Source: a virus. Taken from it: a stretch of DNA of 64,000 nt. Location: the IMG/VR virus record IMGVR_UViG_3300046692_000383, positions 1 to 64,000 of that record, one strand, 5' to 3'. The notes beneath the pieces were generated by a model. It had not been told where the DNA came from. It worked only from the letters and a program-made list of their open reading frames with translations, and did not search any database. How positions within the stretch are numbered: position 1 is the first letter of the stretch; every line of letters starts with the position of its first letter. The position numbers and the translations under genes are program-made. Shown here piece after piece: positions 55,061 through 62,456 of this stretch.

Positions 55061-55681
55061 CTATTTATGAAGCACTTGATTGGTTTCGTACACTACCCAG
55101 CCACCTTCTGCTTCAGGGCCATCGTTGTCGATTACGTACGCGCCAGCTTTAAAGTAGAAAGGGAACTCGCTCCATGCTGGGTCTACTCGCAGGCTAGTTG
55201 TGTGGCCGTCCAGGCCAACAGCCAGCATACCATCGGCACCTACCAGTAACCCGTACTCAAAGGTCTGCCCGAGTTCGCAGGGAATCGACAGTACCTTTGA
55301 GGCTGCTCCTGTCGGATTAGTCCTTACATCAACCCGCGCAACACCGTTCCACCAGGTTACCATGGCAAATGGATTTGGTCCTTTGTACGCATGAATCTGC
55401 CCCACTATCACTTTGCCAGAGCTTGGCGCCAGCTCAACTCTCACCTCGCCGACCATCGAGTGGACTCGCCCGTCAACCTGCCAGTTGTAGCTCTCGGCCG
55501 AGTCAACCAGGGTTTCACGACCTTCAGTCCGCGGGCTTGAGCTGGAACCGGACGTCCCGCCAGTAACAGAGCACCAGAAATTCTCGTGGCCCTTTGGGTC
55601 GATCCAGACCAGGTCAGCTGCTGGCTTGTCTGGGTACAGGTAGACTTGCCCATGGGCAGTGATATTGCCAAAATTTTTCAT
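55061..55681 (-). CDS. PL7-family (alginate-lyase-like) polysaccharide lyase candidate, free-standing
   Basis: RTEGRE, GQIHAYKG and FYFKAGAYV match the three conserved PL7 blocks (R(S/T)ELRE, QIH, YFKAG(V/I)Y). ORF-track ORF 55061-55744 trimmed to ATG 55681 (MKNFGNITAHG), giving an ATGA overlap with the upstream gene. Confidence 0.5.
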   Translation of the reverse strand: MKNFGNITAHGQVYLYPDKPAADLVWIDPKGHENFWCSVTGGTSGSSSSPRTEGRETLVDSAESYNWQVDGRVHSMVGEVRVELAPSSGKVIVGQIHAYKGPNPFAMVTWWNGVARVDVRTNPTGAASKVLSIPCELGQTFEYGLLVGADGMLAVGLDGHTTSLRVDPAWSEFPFYFKAGAYVIDNDGPEAEGGWVVYETNQVLHK

Positions 55682-56301
55682 GACTTGGTCTCTTCTGTTT
55701 TGTTGAGCATGGTTTTCATCTTCCTGTGCAGTATCGAATCGCACCAGACTGAATTGTTGATGCTGCCATCCAAGTAACCCGATGTTTCGCGCAGAAGTTC
55801 GAGCACTGATGCCGCCTCGCCCTGCCCACCCTTCAGCCGCTCAACTTGCGATTTTGCGCAAGTTGCCATAAGCCGCTCAATCTCCGCCGTCAGCCGTGCG
55901 ATGGTGGCTTCCAGTTCTTTCTGCTCTGTCCATGCACGAGTTGCCATATGGTAGTTTTCAAGCTGTGCTTTGCTTGATTGTTCAATGGCCACCGTTAGCT
56001 GCGAGATCCTGATATCGGATAATTCGCATTTGGCTTGCAGTTCGGCGAGTTCGAGCGGGGCACGGTAAAGCTTATGGACTTCGTAGTCAGCCTCGCTCGG
56101 CCTTGGGTCGGGACTGAAAGTGCAAAAATGACGCAAAGCCAATGTTTGGCGCTTTGGCGAATATTCCCAAGCATCAGGCTGGCGCTCGACGACAGGGGCG
56201 GAGAGCAGGGCGCGCAACTGGTCGCAATGGGCAGTAGTTGTAGCGTGGTGGTTATAGATTTCCGCTAATAAATTCCGATCAACTTCAATTTTACTGCTCA
56301 T
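55678..56301 (-). CDS. hypothetical coiled-coil protein
   Basis: 207-aa ORF. Confidence 0.45.
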   Translation of the reverse strand: MSSKIEVDRNLLAEIYNHHATTTAHCDQLRALLSAPVVERQPDAWEYSPKRQTLALRHFCTFSPDPRPSEADYEVHKLYRAPLELAELQAKCELSDIRISQLTVAIEQSSKAQLENYHMATRAWTEQKELEATIARLTAEIERLMATCAKSQVERLKGGQGEAASVLELLRETSGYLDGSINNSVWCDSILHRKMKTMLNKTEETKS

Positions 56302-56692
56302 TCGCTTTCTCCCGGTTCAGTGGGTTTTTTTTCAGCACCTTGCATGCTTTATCAATGCTGAAACACTCTCCGTCTGAATGCCCATAAGGAAAATATTCGA
56401 CCATCCCCTCTAACGCTTCGGTCAGCTCCGCATTCCGCTGCTCGGCGGCTGTCATTTTGTCGACAGCCTTACCGCATGTTTCAAGAACAATTTGATAGGC
56501 GTTATTGGCTGTTGCCAGCTCTTCCCGCAGCGCAGCCAGTTCGGATTGGGCAGCATCGTAGTCATAAAGCATTGCAAGTACAAGACTATCGCCTGTCAAA
56601 CTACGCCACTCTTCGTCATGGCGCAAAGCTTTGAAGTCGCTACCATTATCTTCTTGGACAGTATACTTACCGTCACCAAATGTATGTTTCAT
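56291..56692 (-). CDS. hypothetical protein
   Basis: 133-aa ORF. Confidence 0.45.
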   Translation of the reverse strand: MKHTFGDGKYTVQEDNGSDFKALRHDEEWRSLTGDSLVLAMLYDYDAAQSELAALREELATANNAYQIVLETCGKAVDKMTAAEQRNAELTEALEGMVEYFPYGHSDGECFSIDKACKVLKKNPLNREKANEQ

Positions 56693-56764
56693 GTAGATTC
56701 CTTTTTAGGTGAAGCCTCCACTTTACCACAAAGCGGAGGCCTTGTATAATAGCTATTGGCTATA

Positions 56765-58006
56765 TCAACCCTTGACGCACACCACTTGTCGCAGCGTATG
56801 CACAATTTCAACAAGGTCAGATTGCGCGGCCATCACTGCCTCGATATCCTTGTACGCGGCAGGTGTTTCGTCAATGACTTCCTCGTCTTTCCGGCATTCA
56901 ATACCAGCAGTAGCTTTGGCGTGGTCTTCCAGGGTGAAGCGCTTCCGGGCTTCAGTGCGGCTCATCGACCGGCCAGCCCCATGAGAGCAACTACAGAACG
57001 AGTCGGGATTGCCTTTGCCTCGCACGATAAACGACCGAGCACCCATGCTTCCAGGAATGATACCGAGGTCTCCCACACGGGCTCGCACCGCGCCTTTGCG
57101 GGTCACAGTGACGTTTTCGCCAAAATGATTCTCCCAGCTGACGTAGTTGTGGTGGCAGTTCACGGCAGACTCGTCAAGCTTGAACGGTTTTGGTACCGCC
57201 TCGCGCAAAGCGGCGATTGCAGCTACCATCATCAAGTCACGGTTTAAGCGGGCGAAGTCCTGGGCCCATTCTACTGCGTCACAATAGTCATGATATAGTT
57301 CCGAACCCTGTGGGAGATAGGCGAGGTCTTTGTCCGGCAAGTTGATAAACCAACGCTTCATGTCCTCCTTTGCTTTCTCGATGAAGTAGCTGCCGATGGC
57401 ATTGCCGATACCGCGCGAGCCGGAATGTAGCATGATCCATACACTGTCAGATTCATCAAGGCAGATTTCAACGAAGTGGTTACCAGTGCCGAGAGTACCG
57501 GCATGAGTCAGTGCGCGACGAGCGGGTTTTTCGAGTCGAGGATGCTTGGCTATGATTTTATCGAGCCGCTTCATCAACTCGCTGAGCTCAGCCGCGAGAG
57601 GGCCAACAGCTTGAGGAGCCATCTCACCCCATGCACCGCGATCGCCGGGCATTCCATTGTTGGTACGGCCGTGCGGAATGCGTTTCTCGATTCCAGTGCG
57701 CAAAGCCAGCAAACTGTCGGGCAAATCGCTGGCGACAAGCGTTGTGCGCTGGGCTGCCATTCCGCAACCTATATCGACACCGACAGCTGCTGGAATGATC
57801 GCGCCTTTGGTGGCGATTACGCTGCCGATCGTTGCACCCATGCCAAAGTGGACGTCCGGCATCACGGCGATGTGCGAATGAATAAAGGGCAAGCCGGCTA
57901 GGTTGCGAAGCTGCTGCTTGGCGGACTCTTCGACCTGCACGCCTTTGGTCCAAGCCTTGATTGGCTTGCCGTTACTTTCAATGAGTTCAAACTTACGTGT
58001 GGTCAT
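56765..58006 (-). CDS. rtcB: RtcB-family RNA 3'-phosphate ligase
   Basis: HIAVMPDVHFGMGATIGSV, PAAVGVDIGCGM and CSCSHGAGRSMSR, which are metal- and GTP-binding signatures of RtcB. 413 aa. Confidence 0.85.
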   Translation of the reverse strand: MTTRKFELIESNGKPIKAWTKGVQVEESAKQQLRNLAGLPFIHSHIAVMPDVHFGMGATIGSVIATKGAIIPAAVGVDIGCGMAAQRTTLVASDLPDSLLALRTGIEKRIPHGRTNNGMPGDRGAWGEMAPQAVGPLAAELSELMKRLDKIIAKHPRLEKPARRALTHAGTLGTGNHFVEICLDESDSVWIMLHSGSRGIGNAIGSYFIEKAKEDMKRWFINLPDKDLAYLPQGSELYHDYCDAVEWAQDFARLNRDLMMVAAIAALREAVPKPFKLDESAVNCHHNYVSWENHFGENVTVTRKGAVRARVGDLGIIPGSMGARSFIVRGKGNPDSFCSCSHGAGRSMSRTEARKRFTLEDHAKATAGIECRKDEEVIDETPAAYKDIEAVMAAQSDLVEIVHTLRQVVCVKG

Positions 58007-58209
58007 TTTAATTGTGCCTCTGCGTTGTCGTCGATTGCTTTCTGGATGGCTTCAATCTGCTTAAGCGTAATACGCGCCTCAAGCTGAAAGTCTGTGTTAA
58101 GTACATAGCACACTAACGCATCAAAGCGAGCTTGTAAACTGATAAGTTGAGCGCATAGCGCTGCGTGATATGCGCTTGCTTCAATCCGCTGTTGTTCGAG
58201 TGTGCCCAT
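58003..58209 (-). CDS. hypothetical small protein
   Basis: 68-aa ORF with ATGA overlap with rtcB. Confidence 0.4.
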   Translation of the reverse strand: MGTLEQQRIEASAYHAALCAQLISLQARFDALVCYVLNTDFQLEARITLKQIEAIQKAIDDNAEAQLK

Positions 58210-58272
58210 TTTACTCTCCAGTGTTCAATACTGACAAAGCCCTCCGAAGAGGGCTTGTTCAAAGCTGCTGGC

Positions 58273-58485
58273 TTAGCCTGCGGTTTTCAACCAACGGCTA
58301 TCAGTTTGCTTTTCGTACTGTTGGCCTTTACCTACACCAAGGCCTCTGCCGTGTTTTGTGTGACAAGTTTGGCACATACACGCCCAACCAATCGAGGTGG
58401 CAGCGTCGAACATTTTGCTGCCCATCGGTCCGTTGCATAGTTGGCAGTTTACTGGAACAACTCCGAGATAGTATTTCTTAATCAT
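58273..58485 (-). CDS. small Cys/His-rich protein
   Basis: ORF-track ORF 58273-58566 trimmed to ATG 58485 (MIKKYY), avoiding overlap with the upstream gene. CQLCNG…CMCQTCHTKH. Confidence 0.4.
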   Translation of the reverse strand: MIKKYYLGVVPVNCQLCNGPMGSKMFDAATSIGWACMCQTCHTKHGRGLGVGKGQQYEKQTDSRWLKTAG

Positions 58486-58495
58486 TGCTTTCTCC

Positions 58496-58693
58496 TCAGC
58501 TGTAGGCAATGTCATCAAATTCGTCGGCAGACAGTTCACGTCGAGCTGTGTCGATGATAACACCAAATTCTACTTTTTCAGTAAAAGTAAACAGGTTGCC
58601 ATGGTCAAGGATGTCGTCATCCATGTGGAAGAATCGATCTTCAGCCCTCAAACGAGTGACCAGAGCTTTGAAGTTATCAGCTGCGGTAGACAT
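58496..58693 (-). CDS. hypothetical small acidic protein
   Basis: 65-aa ORF, first gene of the leftward block next to the divergent promoter region. Confidence 0.4.
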   Translation of the reverse strand: MSTAADNFKALVTRLRAEDRFFHMDDDILDHGNLFTFTEKVEFGVIIDTARRELSADEFDDIAYS

Positions 58694-58813
58694 GATTTGT
58701 TCCTTTCAACGTTTGGTTAATGTGTTCATTCTATATAGAAGGAGCCACTGCGTACATAACTGTTTCGGCATAAGCGAATCAAGGGTTATAGCTAAATGAT
58801 TTCATAAAGCAGT

Positions 58814-58842
58814 GTACAGCTGCCGGTTACTGCTGCATAATA
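58814..58842 (+). promoter_or_regulatory. class-A promoter TGTACA-N17-CATAAT with leader AAAACCATCAAGCAAGCAAACAAACAAC
   Basis: Read directly. Confidence 0.5.
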
Positions 58843-58882
58843 AAACCATCAAGCAAGCAAACAAACAACGGAGCAAGATGAG

Positions 58883-59056
58883 ATGAACGTTAACCCAACA
58901 GTTAATATTTACGCTAAATTTGACGAAGCTAATAGTGTTTGGCGCGTTATCGCTGAGCAAGCAGACGGCACTAACGTTGTATTGGGTAAAACCCCTACTG
59001 AAAAGGGTGCAAAGCGAATGGTTACGGTGCATAAGAAGTTTCACAAACTTGTTTAA
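58883..59056 (+). CDS. small hypothetical protein (57 aa, below ORF-track cutoff)
   Basis: MNVNPTVNIYAKFDEANSVWRVIAEQADGTNVVLGKTPTEKGAKRMVTVHKKFHKLV, with a promoter upstream and a TTAATT-loop terminator downstream. Confidence 0.45.
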   Translation: MNVNPTVNIYAKFDEANSVWRVIAEQADGTNVVLGKTPTEKGAKRMVTVHKKFHKLV

Positions 59057-59073
59057 CCAACACCGTCGCATCA

Positions 59074-59092
59074 AGCCCCTTAATTGGGGCTT
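59074..59092. terminator. terminator hairpin GCCCC-TTAATT-GGGGC
   Basis: Perfect hairpin after the 58883 gene. Confidence 0.55.
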
Positions 59093-59128
59093 CGTCAGTA
59101 GAACAACCAGCCAACCTGGAGCAGCAAA

Positions 59129-59377
59129 ATGGCTATCAACGACATCATCAAACTGAAAGGCGAAAGTGCCCTCGTTATTGCTGAGGCGACAGTCGCAGCT
59201 AATGCACGTGGCATCACTATCGTACTTGCTCGTCTGCTGGACAGCAGTATGTTTGTTGTTATCCGCAATGGCTTTATCCAGCGGTACGCCAACATGGACT
59301 CTGCAACGCTTGACATTCGCGCTGCTTACGGCGAATTCAGTCGTTGCGTAGAAGAAGCTGTGCTGACTGGCCGTTAA
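59129..59377 (+). CDS. hypothetical small protein
   Basis: 82-aa ORF with RBS GGAG, followed by hairpin GCCTGG-tgcattg-CCAGGC. Confidence 0.5.
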   Translation: MAINDIIKLKGESALVIAEATVAANARGITIVLARLLDSSMFVVIRNGFIQRYANMDSATLDIRAAYGEFSRCVEEAVLTGR

Positions 59378-59429
59378 ATAGTGATTGGCCTGGTGCATTG
59401 CCAGGCTGTCAGCCATACGAATAAACAAT

Positions 59430-59458
59430 TGTACAGAACAGCAAATACAGTCCATACT
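59430..59458 (+). promoter_or_regulatory. class-A-like promoter TGTACA-N17-CATACT
   Basis: Read directly upstream of the 59536 gene. Confidence 0.4.
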
Positions 59459-59535
59459 GTAAACATAAGAAACACAAAGCATGGAGCTGCAAGGAGTAAG
59501 ACAGTTCGTTTGGGGATCAACTTTAATAGATAAAG

Positions 59536-59880
59536 GTGAATCAAATGGCTACTCTCAAAATTCAGACCACTGCGTACGCTGAGCTTGCAAAAGGCAAGAG
59601 CAACGAAGAAGTTCTTGAAGCTGTGTTCCGTCGGCATCCGAAAGCGAAGACAACTCTTGGCTGCATTTCGTACTACCGCAGCAAGATGAACAAAGAACTC
59701 GACGCAACCCAGCGGATCACACAGCGTGACACGGCAGTCGCTGCTGCTCCGATCCTGCCGCCGATTGAGCTGCAAGCTCGGTTAGTGAAGACAATCGAAA
59801 AGCTTGCGAAGCTGGAAAAAGAGATTTATGACCTTGAAAAGCAAACGCTGTCTGCTGCCACTGCCGCAGTCGCAGCTTGA
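59536..59880 (+). CDS. hypothetical protein
   Basis: 114-aa ORF with an Ala-rich C-terminus. Confidence 0.5.
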   Translation: MNQMATLKIQTTAYAELAKGKSNEEVLEAVFRRHPKAKTTLGCISYYRSKMNKELDATQRITQRDTAVAAAPILPPIELQARLVKTIEKLAKLEKEIYDLEKQTLSAATAAVAA

Positions 59881-60046
59881 GGCAACAGCTTAACAAAGCC
59901 CGGCCAGCTCTGGGCTTTGTTGTCTTTGCAGTTTGGGCATATGCAGAGCACATCAGGAAGCAGTTAGCTATACGTAATGTTAATTATACTTTGTAGCTGG
60001 CGCTAAGCTAGAATAGCTTACTTTAACTTTGTCAAGGAATGTCGCA

Positions 60047-60283
60047 ATGCCGCATAGGTCGTCAGACTGCTGTAAGAAAGCTGGGCATGAAGCCGAAGTC
60101 AACCGTGGTAGGAAGTCTGCGATTAAGCTGCTCAACGAGCGCAACTCAGGTGAGTCTCGTAAGCAGGCAGCTCAAAGATTGTTTGCGCTCAGCAGCGGCG
60201 AGTGCAATACAACTGATGCTGAGCGCTGGTTTGATGAAGGGTTACGCACTCAGCTTAACGATCTTGGTTACGAAGAGGAATAG
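60047..60283 (+). CDS. hypothetical small protein
   Basis: ORF-track start at 60029 is TTG. The ATG at 60047 has AAGGAA 9 nt upstream. Confidence 0.45.
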   Translation: MPHRSSDCCKKAGHEAEVNRGRKSAIKLLNERNSGESRKQAAQRLFALSSGECNTTDAERWFDEGLRTQLNDLGYEEE

Positions 60284-60331
60284 TAGAAACAAGAAAGCCT
60301 CCAACTAAGGAGGCTTTGTTTTACTTGCTGG

Positions 60332-60595
60332 TTACTTGACGCGTTTGTAGCTTATCGAGCGGCCAGTCACACTGATCTGCCAATGTTCAGCTTCAATCTG
60401 AACTACGACACCAAAAGGACGCTTTGAAGACTTGATCAATTTCCAACCTTCTGGAAAGTCCTTCGCAATACGCATACCGTATTCGTTGATGTCTTCATAT
60501 TCTTTCTCGTCCTGCCAGCGAGCCCAAAGGTTACCCAACAGGCTTTGCTTAGCGGTTACGAAGGCTTCAACAGTTGCTTGGATCGCTGCGGTCAT
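60332..60595 (-). CDS. hypothetical small protein (minus strand, inside the + cassette)
   Basis: 87-aa ORF with a class-B promoter upstream at 60637-60665. Confidence 0.5.
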   Translation of the reverse strand: MTAAIQATVEAFVTAKQSLLGNLWARWQDEKEYEDINEYGMRIAKDFPEGWKLIKSSKRPFGVVVQIEAEHWQISVTGRSISYKRVK

Positions 60596-60636
60596 GATGT
60601 ATTCCTCTTGAGGGGTTGTTTCGTCTTGATGGAGTT

Positions 60637-60665
60637 ATTATGCGCCTACAGTGAGGGGCTGTACA
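60637..60665 (-). promoter_or_regulatory. class-B promoter (minus strand) TGTACA-N17-CATAAT with spacer GCCCCTCACTGTAGGCG
   Basis: Reverse complement read directly. Confidence 0.45.
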
Positions 60666-60708
60666 CTACTATTTTCAATTATTCTTTAAAAGTATTTGCA
60701 ATCAACAG

Positions 60709-60737
60709 TGTACAGCTGTAGCGAAGGGCGGCATAAT
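60709..60737 (+). promoter_or_regulatory. class-A promoter TGTACA-N17-CATAAT with leader AGACACATCAACAAGCAAACAACTAATTGAAAGGAATACATCATG
   Basis: The leader is near-identical to that of the minus-strand gene at 14991-15233. Confidence 0.5.
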
Positions 60738-60779
60738 AGACACATCAACAAGCAAACAACTAATTGAAAGGAATACATC

Positions 60780-60974
60780 ATGACTACTCAACACATCCTC
60801 TTCCTTGCTGGCAACATCTTCGACGTAGTAACTACTGACGACATCGAAGCTTACGTGAAGGCCACCTTCGCAATGCCGCAGTTGATCGTGACTGTCGAGC
60901 ACAAAGTTGGCATGAACGTTAAAGCAGCTAAAGCTGAGTCCATCAAATTGGCTAAAGAAGCTGGTATCTACTAA
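60780..60974 (+). CDS. hypothetical small protein
   Basis: 64-aa ORF with promoter and terminator. Confidence 0.5.
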   Translation: MTTQHILFLAGNIFDVVTTDDIEAYVKATFAMPQLIVTVEHKVGMNVKAAKAESIKLAKEAGIY

Positions 60975-60992
60975 GTCTCACTGCTTCGCAAC

Positions 60993-61013
60993 AAGGCCCT
61001 TAATTGGGCCTTT
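60993..61013. terminator. terminator hairpin GGCCC-TTAATT-GGGCC + TTTAT
   Basis: Perfect hairpin after the 60780 gene. Confidence 0.55.
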
Positions 61014-61048
61014 ATACGTAGGAACATAACCCCCTCAAAAGGAACATC

Positions 61049-61231
61049 ATGAAAACTCTCGCAGCTTGCACCATCACTGTTGGCACTCAAATACATGTGT
61101 TGGCTCTTTTCGAGCTGGACGGTGGTCGATATATGGTTACAAAGAATGGTGTAATTGTCGGCATGAGTCTTGACGAGGTTGATGACGCTCAACGTGAGTT
61201 TGCCGAGCTGATTCTGTCCTTCAAGTTGTAA
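61049..61231 (+). CDS. hypothetical small protein
   Basis: 60-aa ORF followed by a cluster of three hairpins. Confidence 0.45.
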   Translation: MKTLAACTITVGTQIHVLALFELDGGRYMVTKNGVIVGMSLDEVDDAQREFAELILSFKL

Positions 61232-61286
61232 CTCGCCCACACGGTTGTGCCTCTCAGTCGGGAGGCATCAATTCTGCAGTTGATAG

Positions 61287-61311
61287 GCTACCGCAACGGC
61301 AGCCTTTTTTT
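61287..61311. terminator. intrinsic terminator GGCTACCG-caa-CGGCAGCC + T7
   Basis: 8-bp stem with one mismatch plus a T7 tract. Followed by the palindrome TACCTGCA-aat-TGCAGGTA and a further AATTAA-loop hairpin. Confidence 0.6.
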
Positions 61312-61533
61312 ATTACCTGCAAATTGCAGGTAAAGTAAAGCCCTCAATTAAGGGGCTATTCGGTTGGTTGGCTGTCAGAACAACGTCACTATCCGGAAGT
61401 CTGCTGATGGAATGTCTTTGCTATAGTTGACTACACACTGCTCTGCAATTTCTTTTGAGTACAGCTTAATGACTTCCTGCCACTTGGCGCCGCTGTTGAC
61501 TTTCACTTGAACTGAGTATCTGCAAAGGTTCAT

Positions 61534-61677
61534 TTACATTGTCTCAACAGTAATGAGGTCGATGTTTTCGAAACCGATTTGGCGAACCAGCAAACGGATA
61601 GCCCAATCACGACCTTCGTGAAAGAAGCCGCTTTCAAACAGTTGACCGTTAACAGTGGCAGTGGCTTGAAAGTACAT
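61534..61677 (-). CDS. small hypothetical protein (47 aa)
   Basis: ORF-track ORF 61534-61758 trimmed to the internal ATG (MYFQATATVNGQLF…) downstream of promoter 61718-61746 and its leader. Coordinates ±1. Confidence 0.4.
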   Translation of the reverse strand: MYFQATATVNGQLFESGFFHEGRDWAIRLLVRQIGFENIDLITVETM

Positions 61678-61717
61678 ATTGATTTCCTTCTGAGTGGTTG
61701 CTCGTTGGTATGATTCA

Positions 61718-61746
61718 TTATACACCTGGTTCTCAGCAGTGTACAC
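61718..61746 (-). promoter_or_regulatory. class-A promoter (minus strand) TGTACA-N17-TATAAT with leader GAATCATACCAACGAGCAACCAC
   Basis: Reverse complement read directly. Confidence 0.45.
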
Positions 61747-61794
61747 TTTTATTTTCAATCAATCGACTCTCTTACTGTCACCCACAGGTGCAGA

Positions 61795-62235
61795 GGCTAA
61801 TAGCTGCTCGCTGCAACTGAATAGCGCAGCGAACGAGCTTAGTGACTACTAAACAAACCAGGTTAGTTGATAGACATTTCCAGGTATAACCAATGGCTGG
61901 AAATGAGTTAGTAGTCGCTAGGCGACCTGGAATAGCCACACCGCTATTTTGTAGCCGAGCTCCTATTCGGCTGCAGGCCTTGGTTTACAAGGCTTGCAGC
62001 AAGGGGTAGGCCTAATAGCCGCTCTTTTCTCTCGTTTTCGTAAACAAGATTGATAAAGAGCAGAGGGTCTTATATGTATATAATTTTATAGATATATATC
62101 CTCTTTTGTATTATCCCTCTAGCTTTTGAGAATACTAGAAAATAGCCAGCTACAGGATATTTTTAGGCCAAAGGCTGGCCGGCTTGCTCCTGGCCTTAAA
62201 AACCCGAAGCTATTTAATAGCCGTTGTAGCCGCAG
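61795..62235. other. putative replication origin: AATAGC(C)(G) iterons in both orientations flanking an AT-rich core
   Basis: AATAGC copies at about 61799, 61821, 61931, 62013, 62142, 62216, and inverted copies at 61943 and 62210 (palindrome GCTATTTAATAGC). TGTAGCCG occurs twice. AT-rich stretch TTATATGTATATAATTTTATAGATATATAT at 62060-62100. No ORF of 60 codons or more. Primase gene downstream. Confidence 0.4.
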
Positions 62236-62456
62236 AGCTTTGAAACCAGCCACTAACTGAGTTGCGACGCGCAGTAAATATCACAAAGTTAACCAATGTC
62301 TGCTCCATTTCTAGGAAAAGTAGTATATGATGCCCTCTATACTTTCGCGTTGTCATACAGTCACTCGAGGCCTATGTCGAGTCTGCTGCGACCACTGTGG
62401 GAGTAACTCGGCTATTCTCGGTCTGCGGACCAGTCACTAACCCAAGGAAACAATTG

